Shown one piece after another: positions 28,659-39,605 of a stretch of DNA of 64,000 nt. Within the stretch, counting starts at the first letter, position 1. Every line of letters begins with the position of its first letter. A program made the translations under genes and the position numbers. A model generated the notes under the pieces. The model had not been told where the DNA came from, made no database searches, and saw nothing but the letters and a program-made list of their open reading frames with translations. Source of the DNA: an uncultured Candidatus Poseidoniales archaeon (GTDB taxonomy: Archaea > Thermoplasmatota > Poseidoniia > Poseidoniales > Thalassarchaeaceae). The DNA is taken from positions 79,553 to 143,552 of the forward strand of contig CAJJBW010000006.1 in assembly GCA_905182515.1 (NCBI GenBank). The letters run 5' to 3'.

Positions 28659-29852
28659 TTATGAATTGCTGATTATTGAATCTACTTCTGCACAAAGAAT
28701 TTCGTAAGTCTCTAGTAATTTCACAGAACCATCTGGCCTAACTACTCTTCCTCTTGGGAAATTTGGATCGTGCACTTGTTCTTTCATATTGGCTATAACT
28801 GCATCTAATCCATACTTTGATATTTGTTCAAATGCTTTATCGATCAAATCTTGATCAGATACCCCAGTTTCTAATTTAAATCCTATCCTAATACTGCCCT
28901 TAACCAAAGGTGATAGTTCCAAAATATGTTTAGGGCCGGGAGAAAGGGTAATTTCCCAATTTTCGGACCCACTTGACTTTTTTCCATCTTCTGGATGCAT
29001 ATAATAATCTAAAACTGCAGCGGCATGTATCCAGGCTTCTGGAGGGATTTTATCTGATGCAACACCAAAACACGTAGATAGCATGGATTCGGGAGAACCT
29101 CCGAACCTTACATCAGGTAATGGGAAGTTAGGATGAACAGTAGTTTTTCCCACTATACAAACAATATCGTGCCCTTGCCGATACAGATATTCCGAAATAA
29201 TCCACCCCGTTTGACCTGAAGATGCGTTTTGAATGGCTCTTACTGCATCTATTGGTGCGCGATTTGCACCAAGGGTAATTGCTACTTTCTTTCTATTTGG
29301 AAGTTTCTTATTTACCATATTACATAATTTTGCTACAATGTGTAATGGACTAGGTTGTTTAATTTTATTTTCATTTTCCTCTTCTAACAATACTTCACTA
29401 CCTTGAGATATCAGAATAGAAATTAAATCTTGAGTTACTGGGTCATCAAAAAGATCTTTATGCATAGATGGAATAAACAATATCGGAGTATCTTTTCCTC
29501 TTGCTGCTGAAAGAGCCATCATTATTGGAGAGTCCATTATCCCATGAATATGTTTTGAAATTGTATTTCTTGTTGCAGGGGCTACGATAACCGCATCATA
29601 ACTATCTAATTGGTGCATTTTAGAGTTCCAATCTGTAACTACTTCATTATCTGAAGCCCATGAAACTGCCAAAGGAGTGATGATTTTCTCAGCTTCTTTT
29701 GACATCATTATAGTAACATCTGCTTGGTAACGACGTAGTTCACGAGATAATTTTACTGATTCAGTTGCTGCGATTCCTCCAGAAATAGCCAAAAGAATAT
29801 TACGGTTTTTAAGTGAAGATCCAAGGATCTTTACACCTGTGTCTTTGACCAT
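28659..29852 (-). CDS. coaBC: Phosphopantothenoylcysteine decarboxylase/synthetase
   Basis: ILLAISGGIAA, APATRNTISK, PSMH, IDAVRAIQNASSG.TG, HAAAVLDY, GFKLE. Confidence 0.92.
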   Translation of the reverse strand: MVKDTGVKILGSSLKNRNILLAISGGIAATESVKLSRELRRYQADVTIMMSKEAEKIITPLAVSWASDNEVVTDWNSKMHQLDSYDAVIVAPATRNTISKHIHGIMDSPIMMALSAARGKDTPILFIPSMHKDLFDDPVTQDLISILISQGSEVLLEEENENKIKQPSPLHIVAKLCNMVNKKLPNRKKVAITLGANRAPIDAVRAIQNASSGQTGWIISEYLYRQGHDIVCIVGKTTVHPNFPLPDVRFGGSPESMLSTCFGVASDKIPPEAWIHAAAVLDYYMHPEDGKKSSGSENWEITLSPGPKHILELSPLVKGSIRIGFKLETGVSDQDLIDKAFEQISKYGLDAVIANMKEQVHDPNFPRGRVVRPDGSVKLLETYEILCAEVDSIISNS

Positions 29853-29909
29853 ATATATATTCGGACATAGTTTTACTTCAAGAGGTCGTCGCACAAAAAA
29901 TATTGATAT

Positions 29910-31043
29910 CTAATATTTTTCTAAAGCAATAGCTATCCCCATTCCTCCTCCTATGCACATGGAAACTATGGCTTTTTCAGAATTAGTTCTTTGGAGAATA
30001 GACGCAGCCTTTCCTGTAATTCTTACACCAGAAGCCCCTAGAGGGTGACCTATTGCCAATGAACCTCCATCAATATTGACTTTTGAAATATCAATTTCTA
30101 ATTCCTTTATTACTGCAAGACTTTGAGAGGAAAAGGCTTCATTTAATTCAAAAACATCTACATCTTTTAAGTTCCAATTAGTACGATTAAGAATAAGTCT
30201 TGTAGCTTCAATTGGGCCGATTCCCATAATATCAGGAGAACACCCAATAACTGCACCAGAGACAATCCTTGCCATGGGTGTTAAATTATGTTCTTTAGCA
30301 AAATCCTCACTACAAACTAACATGAATGCGGCGCCATCAGTAAGAGGAGATGATGTAGCGGCTGTAACAGAATTATTTTTCCCAAGTACAGGAGTCAGTT
30401 TAGCCATTGACTCTAAAGTAGAGTTAGCCCTTATACATCCATCATTATTTACATATCCTGACTTAGATTTAATAGGAAATATTTCATCTTCAAAGTATCC
30501 AGAATTTAAAGCATGCGTAGCTTTATTATGTGAAGATAGCGCAAATTGTTCCTGCTCTAAACGAGAAATATTATATTTTGTTGATACATTTTCTGCAGTT
30601 TCGACCATGCCGACATAAGCCGCAGGGAATTCTAATTCTAATTTTGGACTTGGGCTCCAATTGAATCCTCTTCTTTGAATGCGGCTCATAGATTCCACCC
30701 CCCCACATAAAAAACAACTTCCCCAACCAACTTCTATACTAGCAGCAGCAGTAAGAATAGATTGCATAGATGATCCGCATAATCGATTTATAGTTGCACC
30801 TGGAACAGAATTCGGCATACCACCAAGATAAGAGACAAGTCTTCCAATATTGTATCCCTGTTCTCCTTCTGGATATGCACACCCCAGCAGGATATCATCG
30901 ATCAGTTCGGGGTTGATATTATTTCGATCCAAAATTGCTTTCGCTAATTGGCCTGCCATTTCATCTGGCCTTATTTCTTGCAACTCTCCTTTGTGCGCCC
31001 TATGAAAGGGAGATCGGAGCCAGTCTACTATTACGGACTTCAT
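29910..31043 (-). CDS. Thiolase (acetyl-CoA C-acyltransferase)
   Basis: INRLCGSSMQ, GGVESMS, SSPLTDGAA, ELNEAFS, GHPLGASG, MCIGGGMG. Confidence 0.95.
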   Translation of the reverse strand: MKSVIVDWLRSPFHRAHKGELQEIRPDEMAGQLAKAILDRNNINPELIDDILLGCAYPEGEQGYNIGRLVSYLGGMPNSVPGATINRLCGSSMQSILTAAASIEVGWGSCFLCGGVESMSRIQRRGFNWSPSPKLELEFPAAYVGMVETAENVSTKYNISRLEQEQFALSSHNKATHALNSGYFEDEIFPIKSKSGYVNNDGCIRANSTLESMAKLTPVLGKNNSVTAATSSPLTDGAAFMLVCSEDFAKEHNLTPMARIVSGAVIGCSPDIMGIGPIEATRLILNRTNWNLKDVDVFELNEAFSSQSLAVIKELEIDISKVNIDGGSLAIGHPLGASGVRITGKAASILQRTNSEKAIVSMCIGGGMGIAIALEKY

Positions 31044-31149
31044 ACCCCTCCGAGGTATAGGATATGCATAATAATTATTGGATGAGAGTGCGGAATTTAT
31101 CCCCCCTACCGAGAGGTTCATGAAAGAATGGCATGTGGGCTCAAATAAT

Positions 31150-31842
31150 ATGATTAGAGAATGTCAAAACCATGGATATTATGCTGATGATCATTTGTGC
31201 CCTGCATGTAATGCAGAAGGAAAATTCATCATGCGAACTGGAGAACGAAATAGTATGGCCAGAAGGTTGGCATTGATATTAAGGCATGCACCGGAAAAAT
31301 TTGACTTGGAAATGGATATAAATGGATGGGTAGATGTTAAAGATATTATTAGACAATTTAAAAAATCTGATGAAAAACGATACCATTGGCTTCGACCACA
31401 TCACTTTAATGCTATTTCAGAAACAGACCCAAAGGGCAGATATGAAGTAAGAGGGATAATGATAAGAGCTACATATGGACATACTCTTGAGATAGAATTA
31501 GATCTACCGACAGAAAATATCCCTGACTCTTTGTATTTCCCCTGTAATCCTGAAGAAACTGAAAATTTACTAAAAATTGGTTTATCTCCTGGAAATAGGG
31601 CCCATGTCCATCTTTCTGCATCAATAAGATCCGCTGCAGAAGCGGGAAAGGTACATTTTTCATTACCAACTATACTAGAAGTTGATACGGCCAGGATGGT
31701 TGCTTCCGGAGATATAATTTGGCATGCAGGAGTAACTGTTTACCTTACAGAGAATGTAGATGGTGAATATATATCTGTAATTGATAATGAACATCCTGAG
31801 TATGTCCTTGCTAGAGCAAAATGGATAGATGAAGAAGAATAG
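31150..31842 (+). CDS. kptA: RNA 2'-phosphotransferase (Tpt1/KptA)
   Basis: N-terminal C..HG...CPAC, ILRHAPE, GWV, D.KGRY, IRATYGH, R.HVHLS. Confidence 0.9.
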   Translation: MIRECQNHGYYADDHLCPACNAEGKFIMRTGERNSMARRLALILRHAPEKFDLEMDINGWVDVKDIIRQFKKSDEKRYHWLRPHHFNAISETDPKGRYEVRGIMIRATYGHTLEIELDLPTENIPDSLYFPCNPEETENLLKIGLSPGNRAHVHLSASIRSAAEAGKVHFSLPTILEVDTARMVASGDIIWHAGVTVYLTENVDGEYISVIDNEHPEYVLARAKWIDEEE

Positions 31843-32166
31843 TTAATATTCACCGCAAAGTAAACAAAATCCTAATTCTTGATCAATTTGGCCGCTACAT
31901 TTACTACATGTAGTTAAATCAGTTTTTTCAGGCTTGATCTGCGCATTTGATGAAACTCTTACGGGGTCCTCCCTAATAACAAATGGTGACTCAATGACAT
32001 CTCCTAAGTTTTCAATTAATTCTCGAAAAAGTATTGTTTCAGAAAGGGCTGAATCTAATCGTAGTGTTCTCCTTTCTTTTTCTTTAGAATCTTCGATGTT
32101 GGCTGCTTCAGATAGTTGGGCTTGCAGCCATCTTTGGAATTTTACAATATCACTAGTTTCTGCCAT
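31843..32166 (-). CDS. Hypothetical protein with C-terminal zinc ribbon
   Basis: Helical N-terminus; CSKC...FCLLCG. Confidence 0.65.
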   Translation of the reverse strand: MAETSDIVKFQRWLQAQLSEAANIEDSKEKERRTLRLDSALSETILFRELIENLGDVIESPFVIREDPVRVSSNAQIKPEKTDLTTCSKCSGQIDQELGFCLLCGEY

Positions 32167-32253
32167 ATTGGTCCCAAGCAATCATATGACATTAAGTTGT
32201 CCAATGCATATATAATTGGAAATATTGAATACCCACACCTCTTGGTTTAGATA

Positions 32254-33054
32254 GTGGATAAGAAAGGGAGAGTCTTGATAAAACTCGGAGGGGGGTTGAT
32301 AACAAACAAAAGAAAATTGAAAACTCTCGATAAAGCAGCGATTGATAAGGTTTGTAAAACTATCTTTGAGATAAAAAATGAAGGTTATATCCCTATTTTA
32401 GTACATGGGGCAGGCTCCTATGGCCATATCCTAGCTAAAGACCTTGATATTGCTGGCGGAATAAATAAAAGTAGAGTTGAAGAACAATTAATGGCAGTTA
32501 AAGAAATTAGAAAGAATATGTTAGAACTAAATAGAGAAATAATAAGTTCATTAAAGGATAATAGTATTGATGCGAAAGGATTTGCTCCTTCCAAATGGGC
32601 TACTGGGGCAGGAATGGATTTTTCAGGAGATATGACGATATTTGAGAGAGGCATTGATGACCCAATTCCCATATGCTTTGGAGATGTTGTAGATAGAAAG
32701 GACAGCTTCCAATTTGGCATCCTTTCGGGAGATGACTTGATGTGCAGGATTTCTATAGAAATCCCCAACATAGATTACTCAATATTTTTATTAGGAGATG
32801 TAGGAGGAGTATTAGATCTGCCACCTAATAATAAGGATGCCCGAATTATGGAAACTTGGTCTAACGATGATCCTATAATTACATATCATGAAACTAAAAT
32901 AGATGTTACAGGAGGAATAAATCTCAAATTAAATAGAGCATCGATAATTTCAAAATTTGTTGAAGAAGTTTGGTTCATAGATGGGAGAAAACCTGATAGA
33001 ATATTAGAATTGATACGTAAGGGCACTACAATAGGGACAAAAATAATTCCTTAA
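32254..33054 (+). CDS. ipk: Isopentenyl phosphate kinase
   Basis: IKLGGGLITNK, VHGAGSYGH (IPK His), GDVV, ILSGDD, DVTGGI..K; adjacent to the IDI/prenyltransferase gene. Confidence 0.88.
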   Translation: MDKKGRVLIKLGGGLITNKRKLKTLDKAAIDKVCKTIFEIKNEGYIPILVHGAGSYGHILAKDLDIAGGINKSRVEEQLMAVKEIRKNMLELNREIISSLKDNSIDAKGFAPSKWATGAGMDFSGDMTIFERGIDDPIPICFGDVVDRKDSFQFGILSGDDLMCRISIEIPNIDYSIFLLGDVGGVLDLPPNNKDARIMETWSNDDPIITYHETKIDVTGGINLKLNRASIISKFVEEVWFIDGRKPDRILELIRKGTTIGTKIIP

Positions 33055-33101
33055 TGATGAATTTGATTATATGCGACTACTCGGTGCGTCATTTGAGCAA
33101 T

Positions 33102-34787
33102 ATGGTAGACGGTGACAACCCACTTGGGAAACATAACTTCACTCAAGAAGAAATGATGAGTGAGATGTGCCTGTTAGTAAATAAAAAAGATGAAGTTATT
33201 GGGACAAAGAGCAAATTGCACTGTCACCATGGTAAAGGAGATAGACATAGGGCATTTAGTGTAGTTCTATTCGATATGGAAGGAAGGATGTTGGTGCAAC
33301 AACGTTCAAAACAAAAAATAACTTTTCCAGGAGTTTGGGCAAATGCGTGTTGTAGCCACCCATTAGATACTAATGATGAAAATATTGAGGGTTCAGAAGG
33401 AATTATTAATGCTGCGAAGAGAAAATTAGAACAAGAATTAGGAATACCAATTCTAATAACTAATAAATGGAATTTTAATTTTATTGGCCGATTTGAATAC
33501 AGTTGCAGATGGGACGATGAATGGATAGAACGAGAAATTGATCATGTATTAATTGTTCAAGCTAACACTGATGTAAACATAAATAAGAATGAAATAAATC
33601 GAATTACATGGTTAGATGAATCAGAGATTTGTGAAATGATTGAAAATAGAGGTGAATGGGCATCAGAACTTATAGCACCATGGTTTAGAATGATATGGAA
33701 TCATTATTTAGAGCCCAAATACCCCAACATAGATTTAATATTAGACATCAGAGATGATGAGATAATAAATTGTGGAGAGTTGATGATTAAAATGGAAAAA
33801 CCAGGTTTGATGCTTATGGAAGCACTGAGTGAACACAAAATAAAAGTAGAGGAGGAAATAATGTTGAGCCTTAGTAAAATGGAACAAAAGAGGTTGCATG
33901 GCGCTATGGTTCATTTATTCACTGGAGGAGGCAAGAGATTGCGGGCCATCCTGCCTAGATTGGTAGGAGAGGCAGTTGGAGTAGCTAATGATGGACACTA
34001 TACACTTGGTGCATCAATAGAAATAATCCATAACTTTACGCTTATTCATGACGATATAATAGATCAAGATCCAATAAGACGAGGATTAGATGCGGTTCAT
34101 GTGGCTTACGATGATGCAACAGCAATTAATGCAGGAGATGCAATGCTCGCAGTTGGTTTTGAAATACTAGCAGAATCCCCAGATATTTCTGGAGATAATT
34201 TACGTTATTTAGTGACTGCCATAGGCGAAATGGTCAGAAGAGTAGCCGAAGGTCAACAAGAAGATATTGAATTTGAAAATAGAGAAATTGTAACTGAAGA
34301 AGATTATATATCCATGATTGCTGGTAAAACCAGTGCAATGTTTGAAACATGCGCCAGAACTGGAGCGATTCTATCTGAAGCTGATAAAGAAACTGAAAAT
34401 AATATGGCAAAATGGGGATTAAATCTAGGACTATGTTTTCAATTAATGGATGATTTAATAGACATTACAGGAGATACTGTAACACTAGGGAAACCAGCTG
34501 GAAGTGACATAGTTCAGGGAAAAATGACGTTGATTGCAATTCATGCTATGAAGAGTGGCTTAGATTTAGAGAATTTCAAAAAGGTGTTTGGCCATGGTTC
34601 CTGTCATGACACGGAACTTTTAGAAGCAGTAAAGGATTTAAGAAAATCTGGATCGATAGAATATGCAAGAAAGAAGGCAATGCACCATCATTCCATTGCA
34701 CATGAATGTTTAGACAAGTTAATTCAAAGCCCTCAAGTAGATATATTGAGGGAGTTAACAGATTATCAATTAATTAGAATTAATTGA
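33102..34787 (+). CDS. Fusion of type 1 isopentenyl-diphosphate isomerase and short-chain (GGPP) polyprenyl synthase
   Basis: N-terminal HRAFSV, QQRS..KITFP..W.N.CCSHPL, EREIDH, APWF; C-terminal GGKRLR, NFTLIHDDIIDQD..RRG, GQ..D, KT, FQLMDDLID. Confidence 0.9.
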   Translation: MVDGDNPLGKHNFTQEEMMSEMCLLVNKKDEVIGTKSKLHCHHGKGDRHRAFSVVLFDMEGRMLVQQRSKQKITFPGVWANACCSHPLDTNDENIEGSEGIINAAKRKLEQELGIPILITNKWNFNFIGRFEYSCRWDDEWIEREIDHVLIVQANTDVNINKNEINRITWLDESEICEMIENRGEWASELIAPWFRMIWNHYLEPKYPNIDLILDIRDDEIINCGELMIKMEKPGLMLMEALSEHKIKVEEEIMLSLSKMEQKRLHGAMVHLFTGGGKRLRAILPRLVGEAVGVANDGHYTLGASIEIIHNFTLIHDDIIDQDPIRRGLDAVHVAYDDATAINAGDAMLAVGFEILAESPDISGDNLRYLVTAIGEMVRRVAEGQQEDIEFENREIVTEEDYISMIAGKTSAMFETCARTGAILSEADKETENNMAKWGLNLGLCFQLMDDLIDITGDTVTLGKPAGSDIVQGKMTLIAIHAMKSGLDLENFKKVFGHGSCHDTELLEAVKDLRKSGSIEYARKKAMHHHSIAHECLDKLIQSPQVDILRELTDYQLIRIN

Positions 34788-34808
34788 ATGATTTAACATC
34801 ATTAAATA

Positions 34809-37016
34809 TTAATCCATATATTGATCTTCATCTGGTAGATCTAATTTGAGACCCTTTCTTTGTCTTATTTCAGTAATTACTTTGCTAAATAATTCACGAG
34901 GAAGGTGGACATAACCGGCGTTTTCAGTATTCCATATTGCTCGACCTTGGCTAGCAGCACGGACGCTATTGGAAAATCCGAATGATTCAGCCACTGGCAT
35001 TTTACCTATTACACTTGCAGTGCCTCCATCTACAGGCATATCCTCTATTATTCCTCGGCGCTTATTTAGTTCCCCTGTGACCCCTCCAATTACATCATTT
35101 GGGGCATCGATCCTTATATTCTGTATTGGTTCATAAATTACGGATCTAGCTCTGATTAAAGCGCCCTTTAGAGAGTTTCGAACTGCTGGAATAGTTTGTG
35201 CAGGCCCCCTGTGAATCGCATCTTCGTGCAATTTGGCATCAACTAACCTTACCATAACTCCCATTAATGGTTCTTCACAGATTGGTCCTTTTTTACAAAC
35301 ATCATTAAAACCTTCAATTATTAATTCTCTTGTTTCGTGTAGATTTTGGATCCCTTTTGTATCATTAATTAAAACATTAGTTCCATTAATAGCATATATC
35401 TTTCTCATTAAATCTTTATCCATACCAAATTCAGAAAATTTATTTCCGATTTGTTTTGCATCTTTAGTCCTTACTGGCCCATCTCCAAATGTTCCATCTT
35501 TTAATTCCTTAATTATCTCATCCGGCAAAGGTTCAACTTCAATGTAAAATCTATTATGCCTATTAGGTGACTTTCCTTCGAAAGGCCTTCCTTTGTTATC
35601 TCCCTCGATTGATTCACGATAAACAACAATAGGTTCACTGACTTTTACCTTAATGCCTTGTTCTTCTTCAATCCTGTATGTTGTAATTTCAAGATGTAAT
35701 TCACCCATGCCCGCTAATAGTGCTTCTCCTGTCTCTGCATTTGTAGAAACTTGTAATGACGCATCAGATTTGGCCAGACTTCTTAATGCATCTACGAATT
35801 TTGGTAGATCCTTCATAGACTTTGGCTCAACTGCTACTGTGACTACCGGTTCGGAATAATGACGGATAGGTTCGAAACCAGTATCATCTTTATTTCTTGT
35901 AATAGTAACTCCCGCAGCTGCACTTTTGATTCCAGTTAATGCAGCGATATTTCCTGCAGTAACCTCAGTAACCGCAATTCTATCTCCTCCAACCATCATA
36001 CTAACTTGTTGGACTCTTTCTGCTTTATGAGCTCCTAATGCCCAAACCGATTCACCATGTTTTATTGTACCAGAATATACTCTCCCTACTGCAACTTCAC
36101 CAGCGTGAGGGTCCATCCATATTTTTACTATCATAAGAGATAATGGACCTGCTGCGTCGCAACTCATCATTGACTTTGCAAAATCGGATTCTAAATCACC
36201 TTGCCATATATTTGGAATTCTGTATTTTTGAGCTATAAGCGGGGAAGGCAATTTATCCACTGCCATATCCAGAAGTACTCGGTGAACTGGAGCTAATTTA
36301 GACAACTCTTTTTGTTCATCATTTTTACAATATTCAAAAATTTGAGTAAAATTTATGCCACTTTTAGCCATATAGGGGATTGACATCCCCCAATTATAGT
36401 AAGCTGATCCAAAGGCTACTGTACCTTTTTTTACATCAACCTGCCATTCTTTCCTTAATTCTTCAGGCGCGAATGTTTCAATCAGTTTGTTGACCTTGAC
36501 TATTATTTTCTCAAATCGTTTCATCATTTCTGGGCCATCAATTTGTAATTCGTTAATTAGGCGGTCTACTTTATTGATAAATAAAACAGGCCTAACTTTT
36601 TCTTTCAGTGCTTGCCTTACAACTGTTTCAGTTTGAGGCATAGTTCCTTCGACTGCACATGCTAATATTATACAACCATCAACAGCCCTCATTGCACGAG
36701 TTACATCTCCTCCAAAATCAACGTGACCAGGGGTATCGATTAAATTGATTAGGTAATCATCGCCCTCGACATCGTGGACCATCGAAGCACTAGCAGCATT
36801 AATGGTGATACCTCTTGCACTTTCTTGGTCATCGAAATCTAAAACTCTAGATTTGCCCGCTAATTCTTCGGACATCATTCCTGCTCCAGCTATTAGGTTA
36901 TCAGAGAGTGTAGTTTTACCATGATCAATATGCGCTGCAATAGCTAGATTTCTGATTTTCTCTCTAAAATGCATAACTTCTACTGCACGACCAATATTAT
37001 CTTCTTTACGACCCAC
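34809..37016 (-). CDS. fusA: Elongation factor EF-2
   Basis: AHIDHGKTT, RGITI, DTPGHVDF, NKVD, diphthamide loop HEDAIHRGPAQ; GTG start. Confidence 0.98.
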   Translation of the reverse strand: MGRKEDNIGRAVEVMHFREKIRNLAIAAHIDHGKTTLSDNLIAGAGMMSEELAGKSRVLDFDDQESARGITINAASASMVHDVEGDDYLINLIDTPGHVDFGGDVTRAMRAVDGCIILACAVEGTMPQTETVVRQALKEKVRPVLFINKVDRLINELQIDGPEMMKRFEKIIVKVNKLIETFAPEELRKEWQVDVKKGTVAFGSAYYNWGMSIPYMAKSGINFTQIFEYCKNDEQKELSKLAPVHRVLLDMAVDKLPSPLIAQKYRIPNIWQGDLESDFAKSMMSCDAAGPLSLMIVKIWMDPHAGEVAVGRVYSGTIKHGESVWALGAHKAERVQQVSMMVGGDRIAVTEVTAGNIAALTGIKSAAAGVTITRNKDDTGFEPIRHYSEPVVTVAVEPKSMKDLPKFVDALRSLAKSDASLQVSTNAETGEALLAGMGELHLEITTYRIEEEQGIKVKVSEPIVVYRESIEGDNKGRPFEGKSPNRHNRFYIEVEPLPDEIIKELKDGTFGDGPVRTKDAKQIGNKFSEFGMDKDLMRKIYAINGTNVLINDTKGIQNLHETRELIIEGFNDVCKKGPICEEPLMGVMVRLVDAKLHEDAIHRGPAQTIPAVRNSLKGALIRARSVIYEPIQNIRIDAPNDVIGGVTGELNKRRGIIEDMPVDGGTASVIGKMPVAESFGFSNSVRAASQGRAIWNTENAGYVHLPRELFSKVITEIRQRKGLKLDLPDEDQYMD

Positions 37017-37118
37017 AAAATGACCTCAATTGTCTCGGCCACCTGACTATGGTTGATAAAGACGATTGAACATAGCAATCAAAGGACCGCAGTAAAGCGA
37101 GTAAGGGAATAAAACAAA

Positions 37119-37742
37119 TCATCTTGCAGAGGAAGCTATTCGTTCTACTTCATCTCTCTTTCCAACAGAGTATGCACTAACATCACCTTGTGCTGCTTTT
37201 GATATTTCAGAGATTATGCCTTCAGTTAATGACTTTTTACTCTTTGCAGTAGCCGATGTACATCCAACTGATAAGTTTCTTAATGCGATATCTATCCTTC
37301 TCATAGGTGACGAATCTACAGCCTTTGGCTGACTTACGGCACCCATTTTTATCCTAGTTATTTCTTCACAAGGGGCCGCTTCTTTTATTGCATCAATAAA
37401 TTTCTGGAGAGGATTGTTTCCGCTTCTTTCATTTATTTTATCAAGGGCCGCTTCAAAAGCTTTTGCACAATGTTGTTTTTTACCAGAAAATTTACCTGAT
37501 CTCATTAAATTATTAATGAATCTCTCAATAATAGATAATTTACCTTTTCCGAAGTATTCATTGGCATGCCTGCCTCCAGAATGCGGAGTTCCAATAGTTT
37601 GTAAATTGATGTAAGGTGCTAGCCCTGGATCGTCACAAGTTACATCAGTGGCATCCCATTTGCCAAAAACCATTGTACCAATCCCTGCTATAGGATCATT
37701 GGGTGTTTCCTCTTCTTCTTGTTCTTGTTCTACTTCTGACAT
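37119..37742 (-). CDS. rps7: 30S ribosomal protein S7
   Basis: PHSGGRH, IIERFINNLMR, NPLQ, AVDSSPMRRIDIALR, K.DEVERIA.SAR. Confidence 0.96.
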   Translation of the reverse strand: MSEVEQEQEEEETPNDPIAGIGTMVFGKWDATDVTCDDPGLAPYINLQTIGTPHSGGRHANEYFGKGKLSIIERFINNLMRSGKFSGKKQHCAKAFEAALDKINERSGNNPLQKFIDAIKEAAPCEEITRIKMGAVSQPKAVDSSPMRRIDIALRNLSVGCTSATAKSKKSLTEGIISEISKAAQGDVSAYSVGKRDEVERIASSAR

Positions 37743-37750
37743 ACAGATAC

Positions 37751-38191
37751 CTACCTTATTGGTTTCTCTTTACGGCCTCTGACCATTTCATCTAATGAAA
37801 CCCCATTTACCTTAATTACTTTGAATCTTACTCCAGGAAGGTCACCGTATGAACGTCCTTTACTTCCTCCAATTCCCTCTACGAGAACTTCATCATGTTC
37901 ATCGATAAAAGATATTGCTCCATCTCCTGGAGCGAAGGCAGTTAATTTATTACCTGTTCTAATTAAACTGATTTTAACTGCTTTACGAATGGCTGAATTA
38001 GGTTGTTTAGCTTCGAAACCTACCTTTTCGATAACTATCCCCTTTCCTTGAGTACTACCTCTTAAAGGATCATGTTTCAGAACTCCACCTGATCTTCTTT
38101 TGAATTGGCGGGTTCTAAATTGGCGCTCTTTCCACCTAAATTTTTTACGGTCACTTTTCATTTTAGAACCTGAGAATAAACCACGACCCAA
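37751..38191 (-). CDS. rps12: 30S ribosomal protein S12
   Basis: [29 protein letters not shown]; TTG start. Confidence 0.97.
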   Translation of the reverse strand: MGRGLFSGSKMKSDRKKFRWKERQFRTRQFKRRSGGVLKHDPLRGSTQGKGIVIEKVGFEAKQPNSAIRKAVKISLIRTGNKLTAFAPGDGAISFIDEHDEVLVEGIGGSKGRSYGDLPGVRFKVIKVNGVSLDEMVRGRKEKPIR

Positions 38192-38324
38192 CAATAACCC
38201 TCTAAATGATGTTCCGCCGACCCACCTGTGGTATAAGAAGTGAAGGGCTGAACATAATTAATATCCCCCCCAAATGACGATGTCTTTGCTAACATTCAAA
38301 CAGATTGGACCGGTGGTGAGTAGC

Positions 38325-39596
38325 ATGGCATTCCGAGACCTGCTTCATGATGTTCAAAGTATTGGTGAAAGAACTAGCTTAGTTCATGAGATGTTGAATT
38401 ATTCTGTTGAAAGAGGAAATCCTCCTTTAATTTTCGATAACATAGTTGAATCTGACGGGCATAGTGCTGCAATAAATGTTTTAACAAGAGACAGGATTTG
38501 CAAAACATTTGATATCTCACCTGGTGATTTGATAGACATGATGGCATGGGCAATGGAAAATCCTTCAGAACCAACAATTATTAGAGAAGAAGATGCTCAT
38601 GTTTTTGAGAATAAACAAGATCAAGTGGACTTAGAAAAGATTCCGATTCCATGGCATTACCCAGAGGATAAGGGAAGATATCAATCTGCTTCAGTGATTA
38701 TAGCGCAATATGGAGGAATTAGAAATATGTCATTTCACAGGCAATATCTCAGAGACAAGAATCATACTGTGGCTCGTTTTGTACCTAGGCACTTAAGACA
38801 GATGATGGAATTAGCCCAAGAAAATGGAGATGAAGTACCTATAGCAGTAATTAACGGCCCTGATGCTGTGGTTCTATTGGCTGCTGCAATGTCATTCAAC
38901 GAACCTTTGGATGAATTAAAAGTAGCCTCATCATTGCACCTCAAATTACATGGAAAACCTCTTGAATTAGTAGAATTATCAAATGGCATTCAAATACCTG
39001 CAGATGCAGAATATGCTATGGAAGCTAGAATAACTATGGAAACTGATGACGAGGGGCCATATGTAGACATAACAGGAACTGTTGATGGAGTAAGGCAAGA
39101 ACCAGTAATAGTATATGATTCACTTTATCATCGTAATAATCCAGTTTTTCATGCATTGATTCAAGCAGAGATTGAACATAGGACTTTGATGGGGATGCCT
39201 AGGGCCCCTACGATTAAAGCAGCCGTTGCACAAGTAGTCCCTTGTACAGACGTTTATTTAACCGATGGTGGGTGCGGATGGTTGTCTTCCGTGGTGCAAA
39301 TAATTCCTCAGAGAGAAGGAGATGGCGTTAGAGCAATTCATGCTGCACTTAATGGACATAAGTCCATGAAACAAGTAATTATTGTAGATGCTGATATTGA
39401 CATCTCCAATCCATCCAGAGTAGAATGGGCTTTAATGACTCGTTGGCAACCTGATAAAGACACAATTATTTTATCTAACCAAAAGGGTTCGAGCCTTGAC
39501 CCAAGTCGATCTAAAGACGGTTTAACAAGTAAAATTGGAATGGATGCAACATTGGACCCTAATGACGACAGATCCGAATTCGAGTCAGTTTTGTGA
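38325..39596 (+). CDS. UbiD family prFMN-dependent decarboxylase
   Basis: D.GRY, NMSFHR, RHL, EGPYVDITG, EH..LMG.P, DADIDI, GSSLDPS, KIGMDAT. Confidence 0.9.
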   Translation: MAFRDLLHDVQSIGERTSLVHEMLNYSVERGNPPLIFDNIVESDGHSAAINVLTRDRICKTFDISPGDLIDMMAWAMENPSEPTIIREEDAHVFENKQDQVDLEKIPIPWHYPEDKGRYQSASVIIAQYGGIRNMSFHRQYLRDKNHTVARFVPRHLRQMMELAQENGDEVPIAVINGPDAVVLLAAAMSFNEPLDELKVASSLHLKLHGKPLELVELSNGIQIPADAEYAMEARITMETDDEGPYVDITGTVDGVRQEPVIVYDSLYHRNNPVFHALIQAEIEHRTLMGMPRAPTIKAAVAQVVPCTDVYLTDGGCGWLSSVVQIIPQREGDGVRAIHAALNGHKSMKQVIIVDADIDISNPSRVEWALMTRWQPDKDTIILSNQKGSSLDPSRSKDGLTSKIGMDATLDPNDDRSEFESVL

Positions 39597-39605
39597 GTTG
39601 CAACT

